DNA from: Basidiobolus meristosporus CBS 931.73
Taxonomy: Eukaryota > Fungi > Basidiobolomycota
Assembly (NCBI GenBank): GCA_002104905.1
Contig: MCFE01000103.1
Coordinates: forward strand, 62,001 to 126,000
DNA: 64,000 nt
Direction of reading: 5' to 3'
In this document: in pieces, positions 1 through 11,529 of the stretch
Position numbering within the stretch: position 1 is the stretch's first letter
Layout: each line of letters starts with the position of its first letter
Position numbers and translations under genes: made by a program
The notes under the pieces: generated by a model
Databases searched by the model: none
Seen by the model: only the letters and a program-made list of their open reading frames with translations
Told to the model about the DNA's origin: nothing

Positions 1-1271
1 CTAGCTGATTACCAAAGTACTTGGAGGACAAAGCCATTCTTAATAAGGTGAATGAAGATATCAAGAAGATAATCCAGGATGAAGCCAGCAAGTTTGTAGT
101 ACAGGATGAAACACTCTACCAAATTGTTGATGGAAGCCCTATTGCCTATTGCCCTTATGTTTCTAACCTGGATTTAATACATAAGCTACACAATGGATAT
201 GGACATCCTGGAATTGAAGGAACCTATAGCCTTGTGAAAGCCAGAGCATGGTGGCCCAGAATGAAACATGACATTGAGAAGCTAGTAAAGACATGCCCAA
301 ATTGCAAAATTAACCAAGGCCAACCACAGAGAATAGATGAACTCTTTCCCTTGGAGCCTGTAAGACCACTTGAAAGATGGGGAATTGACTTTATTGGCAC
401 ACTGCCAACTACCAGGAAATGCAACCGCTGGTTCCTAGTAACAATTGACCATGCCACTAAATGGCCAGTGGCTAAAGCTGTACCTATAGCCAGTAAGCAA
501 GAAGTTGCAAGTTTCATCTACCATGAGCTCCTTATTTAGTTTAAATGCACTGTGGAGATTCTATCCAATAGAGGTGCAAACTTTATGGCAAAGACATTGG
601 AAGCTTACTGGGAAATGCAGCAGATCAAACACTTGAAAACTTTGGCATATCACCTCAGAACTAATGGAGTCACTGACAGTTTAATGGATCATTTGGAAAA
701 ATGCTGACCAAGTATGCAAATGGAGTTGTCAGTAGATGGGAAGAGTATATAGACCAAGCACACTTTGCATGCAAAGTCAGAGTATACAACACCACCCAGC
801 AATTGCCACATAACTTAGTGTATGGATGTGAACCAAGGATTCCAAGAGATCACACATAACAAATGCTTACAGACACCTTAGAAGATGAACTCAGTCAGCC
901 AAGTAGACACCAGCAACTGGAACAAATATGTCAAGAGGCACAGACTAAAGTATCTCAGAGTGCAGAAAAGATGAAGCAGAGATTTGATAAGACTATAGCA
1001 CCAGAAGCATTGACGGTTGGGAACTTTGTATTGCTAAGAAACAACACTTGGAAGAAGTTTGAGCCACAATGGACAAGACCATTCAAGATCATCAGAGAAT
1101 GTTCATTTGCAACTTATCAACTAGTGGACAAACAAGGCAATATCCAGGAAGACTTAGTGCATGGGGACAGACTTAAGCTTTCAAAACTTACTGATAATAC
1201 TGAACCATCAATATATTGATATTTCAAGAAAAGAAATTCAGGAGAACCCTCTCAACTTTAGCAAGGGAGAA
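1..1271 (+). pseudogene. Ty3/gypsy integrase region (3' part of a decayed element, family G1)
   Basis: ORF 21..539 has the integrase Zn-binding motif (H..GHPG...WWP.M..DI...VKTC..C) and the WGIDFIG DDE start. Stops and frameshifts follow, then ORF 863..1219 (integrase C-terminus). A purine-rich tract at 1261-1271 precedes the LTR. Confidence 0.9.
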
Positions 1272-1639
1272 TATTATGATCTGCCACTTCAAGGTTGAAT
1301 TTAGATCAGTTTTTAGTCAACTCAATTAGTTATATGTTTAGGTTATCAGTATATCAGTAGTATCTATCAAATCAGTAGCATTAGTCAGCAAATGAATCAG
1401 CAGATCCTTATCAGACATAAAAGAGGTATTAGGTAGGATCCTATTGGGTGATGATGATGCAATCAAATGAGTGATCAGCCACTGTCCATATCAGGAAATA
1501 TAATTAGTCAGCAAATGATCTGGCAACATGTATATAAGGAGCTGCTGGAGCCTCAATAAAGATCAGTTCAAGTTTTAGTGAGTACAATACTAGCTAAACT
1601 ACCTATTCCTCTACAACTCATATACCAAGACTTGTAACA
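1272..1639 (+). repeat. G1 gypsy 3' LTR (368 bp)
   Basis: Same length as, and clearly homologous to, the minus-strand LTR at 14992-15359. Ends ...CAAGACTTGTAACA, follows a PPT, and contains TATATAA and AATAAA-like signals. Confidence 0.85.
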
Positions 1640-1640
1640 A

Positions 1641-2000
1641 ATGCATTGCTTCAATATCTAAGTTTGATCAAATTATAGTGAAATCAATTAGTTATATGTT
1701 TAGCCTATCAGTATATCTGTATTATGCATTCAATCAGTAGTATAACTCAGCAGATAAATCAGCAGGCCATATCACCCAGAAATGGATGCATTGAGAAAGA
1801 TCTAATTGGGTAATGATGATGCAATCAAATGAGTAATTACCATAACCTCTATTAGGAGATACAATTAGTCAGCAATTGATCAAGCAAACTCTATATCAGC
1901 AGCTGCTAGTGCCTCAATAGAGATCGGTACAAGTACTAGTGAATACAACACTAGTTAAACACCTTATACCTCTACAATCCATTTATCAAGACTTGCAACA
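1641..2000 (+). repeat. Second, diverged G1-type LTR in direct tandem
   Basis: Collinear with 1272-1639 (e.g. TCAATTAGTTATATGTTTAG, ATGATGATGCAATCAAATGAGT) and ends CAAGACTTGCAACA. Confidence 0.75.
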
Positions 2001-2039
2001 ATTGAACATTGCCTCAATACTAAGGTCTAAAACTGTTGG

Positions 2040-2660
2040 CAATTTCTCTTTGTATAATTGGCAGAGTCACACCAAATCAATACCAAATTGACCACTTTCT
2101 ACAACTGGTTACTGGCCATATAGTCTACTGGTCAGAAGCAAAAAATGTTCCACTAGTAGCTATGTCAGCTCCTGAATCTGAGGGCTTTTCTTAGTGAGAT
2201 TAAGTAAGACTTGGTTATCTTGCATTTGTGCTGGACTTGAAAGAAGCTTTCTGATTAGTGGGTCTCTCCAGGGGTATGTGGGATCTTAAAAGCCAACTGA
2301 AGTGCATGTAGCAAACTCCCAGCTCTTGCAGTATGGCCAACCTCAATCCTTCTCACAAGGTCTTCTGGCAGTGCTCTGAGAATACAGGCAGATAAAGTGA
2401 AGTCAGCAATAGCCCCTTGGGCTTTCAGTTGCTCTACAAATTGCTTAAGGCCTCTCATGTATCCTTTCAACAACAGTAGCTCAGACTTGCTATCAGCAAT
2501 GTTTTCCAGATTTTGAAGTATACAGGGGACTTTCTCTCTCCATATACATCAGTCATATGACTCTTTGAGAAAGTCCAATTGGCCAGGAGGTCATTTCTTT
2601 GATATTTTGAGAGTATGATCTTGTTAGCGCAACCAGAGAGCCTCTCTGCAGGCATGGTGG
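2040..2660 (-). pseudogene. Copia gag/protease remnant (different family from the intact copia)
   Basis: Translation GYMRGLKQFVEQLKAQGAIADFTLSACILRALPED resembles the copia gag UBN2 helix. A frameshifted WYLDSG-like motif lies near 2060-2090. Confidence 0.55.
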
Positions 2661-2719
2661 CCTTTGATATCTTAGGGGCTCAACAGAAACATGCTGCCTT
2701 CTTGATGAAAAGCTTAAAT

Positions 2720-3250
2720 TTGTGAATTGTGCACTACCCTGAAAGTTCCTTGATGGCAGGTTTGCAGTATAACTGTAGAAGGTAAGTGCAGTGATCAATT
2801 GCTAATTACTAAAGGAGAAGTGTTACCAACAAAAGTAATGATTTATTGACAAAAGATTGACTTTCCTTCAGTACTTTCACTGATTACAAAATCAGTATTA
2901 ATAAAAAGGTCTCAGAAATCCCAGTTATTGATACAAATCTTGATGACATTGTTGCAGGCTAAAGATACAACAAGAGGTTACTGGAAGGCTCTAAAAGGCA
3001 CAACATAACTGACAATCAGGGAACAGTAATCCAACACATCTGTGACACATAATTGCCATATAGAGTATAGATACAGCAGGGATGTAACACAAGTATATAT
3101 TATGAGTTGCAGGTTCTGGGGGGTACCTGCCTAATTCAAAATCATTTGCTGGTCAAATAGCTGGAAAACATTGGAAAACCTATGCTAACATATAATCCAA
3201 AGTGTGTTAATGTGTCTGCATGTAATGGTTGGTAAGCAGGAACCCATAGT
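2720..3250 (-). repeat. Partial copy of LTR family Y
   Basis: Collinear with 39110-39600 and 50150-50520 (GCACTACCCTGAAA..TCCTTGATGGCAGG, GATGATTTATTGA, GGTTCT...AGGCACA). Ends not resolved. Confidence 0.7.
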
Positions 3251-3299
3251 TTTGATTGATTTAAGCTATATGGAATGCCCAGAATAGCAATGGGTAAGC

Positions 3300-3740
3300 A
3301 ACTGAAGAGGGGTGATTTCAATGTGTAATATATGAGTTGTGCATGGAGAGGTAGAAAAAGGAATTATTACTTAGTAAAATGGAACAATAGCACTAGATAT
3401 GACTAGCTGTAGGCCATTGTACTGCCATAAAAAAGTCAACACAGGTCCACACCAAAGCTATCTTAACACTTTCAACTTTGCCATTACAGTCAAAGGCATG
3501 AATTGACTGGTCAGATCAGCAGAAATACATGTAGACCCCATGAAGACCATCAAAATGCTACACAGGTCTTACCAAATGCTGTTAAATTACTGCCAAGTGT
3601 ATAACTTTATTTTGCTGTAAACCAGCCAAATGCTGTTGCAATCCATCTCATGATCATGTATAGGGGTCCTGATTCCAAGTTGCTGGCATTATGATGACCT
3701 TATTGCAAGATCCTGAATGCTTCAGATACTGTCAAAGCAG
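3300..3740 (+). mobile_element. Fragment of CMC/CACTA-like family X, transposase C-terminal region
   Basis: Homologous to 45050-45303 joined to 52255-52450, and to 28380-28800 on the minus strand. Confidence 0.6.
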
Positions 3741-3759
3741 CATAGGGATCCCTGTAGAA

Positions 3760-6217
3760 AGTCCTTAGAGCAAAGTTGGTATTGAGCAAGCTTTATTTAA
3801 AATAAATTTTCTTCAACCTGAGGAAGGAGCCAGATGATGAAATGTTAAAACTCATTACCAGAATGGAGACACTTACCAAAGAGCTTTACATTATTAATGC
3901 TGGTGTAGATGAAGAAGAAATGATTCTCTATTTATTCAGCTCACAAATGCACATAGAAAATAAAGGAAAGCAACAAAACTAAAGATCTCTGATAGTGATG
4001 TAATGTATTAAGTCCCTAACAAAGTATGCTCAAAGTTAGAACTCAAGAGTGGAAAAGAGAACTTTGTTGGATATTGTGAGGATACTAAAGGGTACAGAGT
4101 GTATGATGGCAAAATCCAGAAGCTGATTAAGAGCAGTGACATTATACCTGTGAGGAATTCAATTCAGAAACCAACCAAAATCATTAGCCAGATCCTTAAT
4201 GATACAATCTACAGTAATGAAGACAACACACATCTAATTCAACCAGATACAGTAGATAATTATACCAGTTCCAGATCAGAGCAGATTATCCTGGTTAGGA
4301 GATCTACCAGAATAAGAAGTGCCCTTGGATCCTGGTGGCAGACATTGAAGGATCATGCAGAAGCTTATCCTGCCTTGTGTACCATACCTCAGAATCAGGA
4401 ACAGGCAATGCAAAGTCCAGGTGCTACTATGCATACAAGAGCCAGATTACCTCAAAGGGTACCATTGATGAATATAAGGCTAGATTGGTGGCTAATGGCT
4501 ATTTGCCAATCTAGGGATTAGACTTTAGGAAAGCATTTTCTCCCATTGCCAAGTTAACTTCATTAGGACAGTTCTAGGCTTGGCAGCTGTACCTAGTCTG
4601 GATCTACACTATATGAAAGTCAAAGCAGCCTCTCTATATGGGGATTTGCATGAAACTATAGATATGGAGCAATCACACAGTTTTACCAATCCAAAAGGCA
4701 CCATTAAGGTATGTAGACTTAGGGAATTTCTGTATGGGCTTAAGCAGGCACCTAGAGCATGGTTTAGCAAGATTGGCACATACCTGGAGGAAGTTGAGCT
4801 CATTCCTAGCACTGCAGATCACAGTGTATATGCAATACAACCCACAAAGGGTGTGGTCATCCTGGATCTTTATATGGACAAAATAAAAATAATCAGAAGT
4901 GACCAGGAGCCACTTAAGCAGACAAATCAGATCTCTTCAGCAAGTTAGAGATGGCAGATCATGGAAAGCTGAGCTATTTTCTCAAAATTGAGGTAAAGTT
5001 TGACATACCCATGCAGAAAATTGTCCTGAATTAGTCCAAATATATCAGGAGCATTCTCAGTTGCTTCAATATGGGAATTGCAAACCTGCAGTGGCCCCAA
5101 TGGGCAATCATTGGTAATTGAACAAATTTCTGCTAGTTGACGGTGGAAATGGCTCTAATATGTTCCAAACCTTGCCCATATATCAATGGTTGGTAGCCTG
5201 ATGTACTTGATGGTATTTCCAAATGCAGACAATGTAGTGGCAGTTGGGATAGTAAGTCAATTCAAGTATAATTGTGGATCAGATCAAGTTACAGCAGTTA
5301 ATCTGATTTACAGATATCTCCAAGGTACCATAAATATGGTACTTGAATACTTTAGAGCAACTGATAGGCAAGATTTGATGGTTATAGTGATTCAGATTGG
5401 AGTAAGAATCTGATTGACAGACACTCTACCACCGGGTATGTATTTCTTTATGCTGAAGCAGCTATAATTTGGAGTTGCAAGAAATAACCAGCTGTATCCC
5501 TGGCTATAATTGAAGCTGATTCTATGGCTGCCTGACACACAGCTAAGGAGGCTCTACTGCTACAAGATTATTCAAAGACTTAGATTTTAATTCACATGTA
5601 CCAACATGTATCTACAAGGATAATCAAAGCTTTATTTCATAAGCTAAAAATCCTACTAATCCTGCCAGAACTTAGCAAATTAATATACAACATACTTTGT
5701 GAGGGGAGCTGTAGAAACTAACTTAGTAGAGTTAATTTACTGCCCAACTATTAAAATAGAGGCATATATATTGACCAAACCATTAACTAGGCAACAGTTT
5801 ATGAAACTCTGAGAAGAACTGAGATCAAGCAATTATTTAGTTGAGGGTGAGTATGAAATATTGGAATATTTAGTATCATTCAGCAGCTAAAAGTTTACTT
5901 AACAATTCTGGACTAGTGTTGGTCACTGTGCAATTATCTTACAGCCCTAACTTTGCCACTTTATTCAGGTCTATGATCTATGATTATTCCCTATTATCAA
6001 AATCAAATTAGCAGTTTTACCAACCATGATGTACTAACCCTAAAACTGTTACAGAATGCTCCTGAATGTTGAGAAACTCTCCTGATGTAGTGTTGCAGCT
6101 GTGTTACTTCTACAAAGGTATAGATACTGAGCTTCTTTATGAATAAACAGCAGGTCAACTTTTTTCACTATTTGCTGATATGCTCCTTATGTACAAATGA
6201 ATACTTAAGTTGCAACA
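3760..6217 (+). mobile_element. Old, internally deleted copy of the copia family C1, with 3' LTR at about 5852-6217
   Basis: Collinear with gag, integrase C-terminus, RT and RNase H of ORF 7071..10988, with stops, frameshifts and large deletions. The LTR is homologous to 6666-7034 and ends TTGCAACA. Confidence 0.9.
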
Positions 6218-6665
6218 GAACATAGTAAAGTGGAGGATGAATTTGAAGAAGACTCCAAACTCACATTTGATGTGTCAGAAGAATACCTATCCCAGATGAC
6301 CTCAAACTCAGAAACACCATTATACTTGAGGGAGTAATTGATGGAATACCTGCCAAAATCATTAATAACTCAGCTGCATCACAGAAGAACATATTGGAGC
6401 AATGTGCCTTGAAAGCTGAGTTCAACTTGGAAACCACCAAATCAGCTGCAGTTTTAACAACTGATAGGAACTCTTACATAATCAAATGTATTATTCAGCC
6501 AGTAAGAATGAATATGAATGACTTTGAAGAAGACCTACAAGCCTACATATTTGGAAACTACAGACTTGACCTGATACTTGAAAAACATAGCTATACAGCT
6601 TTAATCCATCAATCAATGGGAGAATTTATTCCACTCATATCTAAAGAGGCAACCAGACCTATAAC
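6218..6665 (+). pseudogene. G1 gypsy protease region, interrupted by the intact copia and resuming at 11352-11420
   Basis: Homologous to ORF 12986..13909 (VRM..NDYEEDLQAYI.G). The reading continues LLSTRLEF after the copia, matching LLPARLDF. Confidence 0.8.
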
Positions 6666-9600
6666 TGTTGAAATATTGGACTATTTGGTATCATTCAGCA
6701 GCTAAAAATTTACTTAACAATTCTAGGCTAGTCTTAGTCACTGTAGGACTCATTTACTGCCTTTACTTCGCCACTTTCTCCAGATATATGATCTTATGAT
6801 TATTCCCCTATAGTCAGGATCAAATTAGCACTATTACCAAACATTATGTACTAACCCTGAAACTGTTACAGAATGCTCCTGAATATTGAGAAACCCTCCC
6901 TACTTAGTGTTGCAGCTGTATTACTTCTACAAAGGTATAAATACTGAGCTTCTTTATGAATAAACAACAGTTCAACTATTATCACTATTTCTTGATAAGT
7001 TCCTTATATCCAAATCACTTCTTAAATTGCAACAGGTTATGAGCCCCGATTGCCTTAATCTATTCTAAAGATGACTTCTACCAGCAAACAAAGCAATACC
7101 AACATCTTCCCTGTAAAGGAGAGGTTTGATGGGAAGAACTACAGACTTTGGAGAATCAAGATGCAGATCCACCTTGAGGAAAGAAAGCTTTGGAATATAG
7201 TAACAGGAAAGGAAGTTGAGCCCAAAGGAACAGCAGAAGATGTGGAGAAGTTTCAAGAGAAGGAGAGAAAGGCCTTCAATGCAATATGCATCAATGTGCA
7301 AGACTCCTTCATTGGACAAATCCATGCCTCAAATACTGCCAAAGCAGCATGGGAATCCTTGGAGAAGATCTTTAGAGCAAAGTCAGTATCAAGCAAGCTT
7401 TATTTGAAACGAAAGTTCTTCAACATGAGAAAAAAGCCAGATGATGACATGCTACAACTCATTACCAGAATGGAGACACTTGCAGAAGAACTTTACAGTA
7501 TTAATGCTGGTGTAGATGATGAAGAAAAGATACTCTGTCTGCTTTGCAGCCTACCAGACGAGTATGAGCCACTCATACTTTCTTTTGAAAGCAGAGAAGA
7601 CAACTTGACTTTAGACTATGTCAAAGGAAGACTTCTCCATGAAGAACTCAGACGTAATGACCAAGCAGAGAAAATTGAAGATAATGCTTTATTCAGTTCA
7701 GAAAGGCATACAGAAAAGAAGGGAAAGCAACAAAACCGAAGAAAACCTGGCTGCTGTAACTACTGTAAGAAGCCAGGACACTGGGCAAGAGAATGCAAGA
7801 AGAAACAAGCAGACGAAAAACAGAAACTAGAGCAGGCAAACCATATAACTACTGATGAACAGCTATTTGTCACTGTACAAGAGAGTGCAAGTAACCGAAG
7901 TAATGAATGGTATATTGACTCTGGAGCATCACAGCATATTTGTGGTATAAAGGATTGGTTCAGCAACTTAAAGACTATTCCCGTAAGAAAGGTTTATCTG
8001 GGAGATAACTCTGCATTGGAAGCTACCGCCAGTGGGTCCATACAACTAAATATGAGTGATAACTCAGGGGCAACAACAGCAAAACTGACTGACGTACTCT
8101 ATGTACCTGGAATAGCTAAGAACCTACTCTCAGTCAGTAAAGCAACTACTCAGGGACTGAAATTCGTTTTTACTAAGCTGAGCTGCTCAATATTGAGTGA
8201 AAATGGACAAAAATTAGCTTCGGGAATCAGAGATCACAATATATACAAGTTACAATGCAAGATCATTGTACCTGAGTATGTCAACATTGCTGAAACCGAT
8301 GAAACCAACTGGGAGACGTGGCATAGGAGGCTAGGACACATAGGGGAACAGAAAATGAGCCAATTGGTGAAAAATCAGCTTGTTTTGGGCCTAAAATACT
8401 CAATTCCGATCAAATTGAATGTTTGTAAAGGATGTTCATATGGCAAACAAGCTAGGCAACGTTTCAAGAGCTCAGAAGGCATCAATACCACCGAAATATT
8501 GGCTATTGTACACTCAGACATATGTGGCCCCATGAGAACACTGTCCTTTGGAGCCAAGAGATACTTTATGACGTTTATTGATGACAAGACAAGATATACA
8601 TGGGTGTACTTCCTCAAAACAAAGGATGAAGCTTTAGAGACGTTTAAGCACTTCAAGAACATGGCAGAAACACAAACTGGGTGTAAATTGAAGGTACTAC
8701 GAAGTGACAATGGAGGAGAATACTGCTCAAAGGAGTTTGCAAAATACTGCTTGTCTACTGGTATACTTCAACAGACCACAGTTCCTCATACTCCACAGCA
8801 AAATGGAGTAGCAGAACGTGCAAACAGAACAATAGTAGAGATGGGAAGATCTATGCTACATGATAAGGGAATGGACTACAAGTTTTGGGCTGAATCTGTT
8901 GCTACCGCTGTATACATCAAGAACAGATGCCCAACAACAGCACTACGTGATTCTACACCCTTTGAAGCATATACAGGCAAAAAACCAGATCTCCAGCACC
9001 TCAGGATCTTTGGCAGTGATGTTTTTTATCACATCCCTGACAAAAAACGCTCAAAGTTGGAACCAAAGAGTAGAAAAGGGATCTTTCTTGGGTATTGTGA
9101 AGGTACTAAAGGGTATAGAGTGTATGATGGCGAAATTCAGAAGCTGATCAAGAGCAGGGATGTTGTATTTGAGGAGAATTCAGATCAGAAAGCCACAGAA
9201 ATCATTGGCCAGCTGCCTGATGATGCAATCAACACAAATGAAGAAGATACGTACCAAATCCAGCCAGAGATGGAAGATACTTCTACCAGTTCCAGATCAG
9301 AACAGATTATCCCAGTTAGGAGATCTACCAGAATAAGAAATGCCCCTGGATCCTGGTGGCAGACATCCAATGATCATGAAGAAGCTTATCTTGCCTTATG
9401 TGCCGAACCTCAGAATCTGGAACAGGCAATGCAAGGTCCAGATGCTACTAAGTGGCAACAAGCCATGCAGGAGGAGTACCAATCACTGATCAAGGCAAAA
9501 ACGTGGGAACTGGTAGATTTACCAAATGGGAGAAAGCCAATAGGATGTAGATGGGTCTATAAGATCAAGATAACCTCAAATGGTGCCGTTGATAAGTACA

Positions 9601-11351
9601 AGGCTAGATTGGTAGCTAAAGGCTATTCCCAGATCCAGGGACTAGACTTTAAGGAAACATTTGCTCCGGTTGCCAAGTTTAACTCTATTAGGACAGTTCT
9701 AGCCCTGGCAGCTGTACACAGTCTAGATCTACACCAAATGGACGTCAAAACAGCCTTTCTAAATGGGGATTTGCAAGAAACTATATATATGGAGCAACCA
9801 GAAGGTTTTACCGATCCAAAAAGCCCCCATAAGGTGTGCAAACTTAGAAAATCGTTGTATGGACTTAAGCAGGCACCCAGAGCATGGTATAACAAGATTG
9901 ACACATATCTAGAGGAAATTGGGTTCTCTCGTAGCACTGCAGATCACAGTATATATGTGAAACAGCTCAAAAAGGGTGTGATCATCCTAGTTCTTTATGT
10001 GGACGACCTAATTATAGCTACAAGTGATCAAGAGGCACTTAAACAGACGAAATCAGATCTCTTCAGCAAGTTTGAGATGAAAGATCTTGGAAAATTGAGC
10101 TATTTTCTTGGAATTGAGGTCAAATTTGACATACCTACGCAGAAAATTGTGCTGAATCAGTCTAAGTACATCAGGGACATTCTTAGACGCTTCAAAATGG
10201 AAAATTGCAAACCTGCAGCAACCCCTATGGACAATAACCTGAAATTAAGCAAATCTCAGCCAGTTATGGATGAAAACGGCTCAAATATGGACCAAAACTT
10301 TCCCTATCAATCAATGGTCGGTAGCCTAATGTACTTGATGGTGTCTACACGTCCAGATATTGCAGTAGCAGTTGGAATAGTCAGTCAATTCATGCAGAAT
10401 TATGGATCAGATCAAATTGCAGCAGTTAAGCGGATTTTCAGATATCTACAAGGTACCATAAATATGGTACTGGAATACTCTGGAGCAGCTAATAGGCGAA
10501 AATTTGATGGTTATAGTGATTCAGATTGGGGTAGAGATCTGATTGACAGACGCTCTACCACAGGCTATGTATTTCTTTATGCTGGTGCAGCTATTACTTG
10601 GAATTGCAAGAAACAACCAACTGTGGCACTATCTACAACTGAAGCCGAATATATGGCTGCATGTCAAGCAACTAAGGAGGCTATATGGCTACAAAAATTA
10701 TTCAAAGACTTAGGTTTTAATTCAGGTGAACCAACATGTATTTACAAGGATAATCAAAGTTGTATTTCATTAGCTAGAAATCCTACTAATCATGCCAGAA
10801 CTAAGCACATTGATATACAGCATCACTTTGTGAGGGAAGCTGTAGAAAATAACTTAGTAGAGCTGGTTTACTGCCCAACTGACAAAATGGTGGCAGACAT
10901 ATTGACAAAACCACTAGCTAGGCCACAGTTTGAGATCCTTAGAGAGAAATTGGGATTAAGAAATTATTTAGTTGAGGGGGAGTGTTGAAATATTGGACTA
11001 TTTGGTATCATTCAGCAGCTAAAAATTTACTTAACAATTCTAGGCTAGTCTTAGTCACTGTAGGACTCATTTACTGCCTTTACTTCGCCACTTTCTCCAG
11101 ATATATGATCTTATGATTATTCCCCTATAGTCAGGATCAAATTAGCACTATTACCAAACATTATGTACTAACCCTGAAACTGTTACAGAATGCTCCTGAA
11201 TATTGAGAAACCCTCCCTACTTAGTGTTGCAGCTGTATTACTTCTACAAAGGTATAAATACTGAGCTTCTTTATGAATAAACAACAGTTCAACTATTATC
11301 ACTATTTCTTGATAAGTTCCTTATATCCAAATCACTTCTTAAATTGCAACA
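6666..11351 (+). mobile_element. Intact Ty1/copia LTR retrotransposon (family C1, Ty5/copia hemivirus-like)
   Basis: 369-bp LTRs at 6666-7034 and 10983-11351 (TGTTG...CAACA) that look identical by eye. 5-bp TSD ATAAC at 6661-6665 and 11352-11356. PBS GGTTATGAGCCC at 7035-7046, PPT GTTGAGGGGGAG at 10971-10982, and a single uninterrupted ORF. Confidence 0.98.
7071..10988 (+). CDS. Copia Gag-Pol polyprotein, 1305 aa (gag, CCHC knuckle, protease, integrase, RT, RNase H)
   Basis: CNYCKKPGHWAREC zinc knuckle, WYIDSGASQH protease, WHRRLGH and HSDICGP/LRSDNGGEY/PQQNGVAER integrase, YKARLVAKGYSQ...LYVDDL RT, GYSDSDW...ADILTK RNase H. Domain order PR-IN-RT-RH is the copia order. Confidence 0.98.
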   Translation: MTSTSKQSNTNIFPVKERFDGKNYRLWRIKMQIHLEERKLWNIVTGKEVEPKGTAEDVEKFQEKERKAFNAICINVQDSFIGQIHASNTAKAAWESLEKIFRAKSVSSKLYLKRKFFNMRKKPDDDMLQLITRMETLAEELYSINAGVDDEEKILCLLCSLPDEYEPLILSFESREDNLTLDYVKGRLLHEELRRNDQAEKIEDNALFSSERHTEKKGKQQNRRKPGCCNYCKKPGHWARECKKKQADEKQKLEQANHITTDEQLFVTVQESASNRSNEWYIDSGASQHICGIKDWFSNLKTIPVRKVYLGDNSALEATASGSIQLNMSDNSGATTAKLTDVLYVPGIAKNLLSVSKATTQGLKFVFTKLSCSILSENGQKLASGIRDHNIYKLQCKIIVPEYVNIAETDETNWETWHRRLGHIGEQKMSQLVKNQLVLGLKYSIPIKLNVCKGCSYGKQARQRFKSSEGINTTEILAIVHSDICGPMRTLSFGAKRYFMTFIDDKTRYTWVYFLKTKDEALETFKHFKNMAETQTGCKLKVLRSDNGGEYCSKEFAKYCLSTGILQQTTVPHTPQQNGVAERANRTIVEMGRSMLHDKGMDYKFWAESVATAVYIKNRCPTTALRDSTPFEAYTGKKPDLQHLRIFGSDVFYHIPDKKRSKLEPKSRKGIFLGYCEGTKGYRVYDGEIQKLIKSRDVVFEENSDQKATEIIGQLPDDAINTNEEDTYQIQPEMEDTSTSSRSEQIIPVRRSTRIRNAPGSWWQTSNDHEEAYLALCAEPQNLEQAMQGPDATKWQQAMQEEYQSLIKAKTWELVDLPNGRKPIGCRWVYKIKITSNGAVDKYKARLVAKGYSQIQGLDFKETFAPVAKFNSIRTVLALAAVHSLDLHQMDVKTAFLNGDLQETIYMEQPEGFTDPKSPHKVCKLRKSLYGLKQAPRAWYNKIDTYLEEIGFSRSTADHSIYVKQLKKGVIILVLYVDDLIIATSDQEALKQTKSDLFSKFEMKDLGKLSYFLGIEVKFDIPTQKIVLNQSKYIRDILRRFKMENCKPAATPMDNNLKLSKSQPVMDENGSNMDQNFPYQSMVGSLMYLMVSTRPDIAVAVGIVSQFMQNYGSDQIAAVKRIFRYLQGTINMVLEYSGAANRRKFDGYSDSDWGRDLIDRRSTTGYVFLYAGAAITWNCKKQPTVALSTTEAEYMAACQATKEAIWLQKLFKDLGFNSGEPTCIYKDNQSCISLARNPTNHARTKHIDIQHHFVREAVENNLVELVYCPTDKMVADILTKPLARPQFEILREKLGLRNYLVEGEC

Positions 11352-11529
11352 ATAACCTGCTATCTACCAGATTGGAATTTAGCTTGTTCAGTTCCTATGT
11401 GTGGACACATGGGGACTTATCAGGAGACAGTTATTTAGAGCACTTAGGAATGGTACACTGATATTTCTCTTGGTGGTAATACAATACAATTCCTCTACCC
11501 AAGTTCTCCAGAAAGTACTGAATCTTCTG

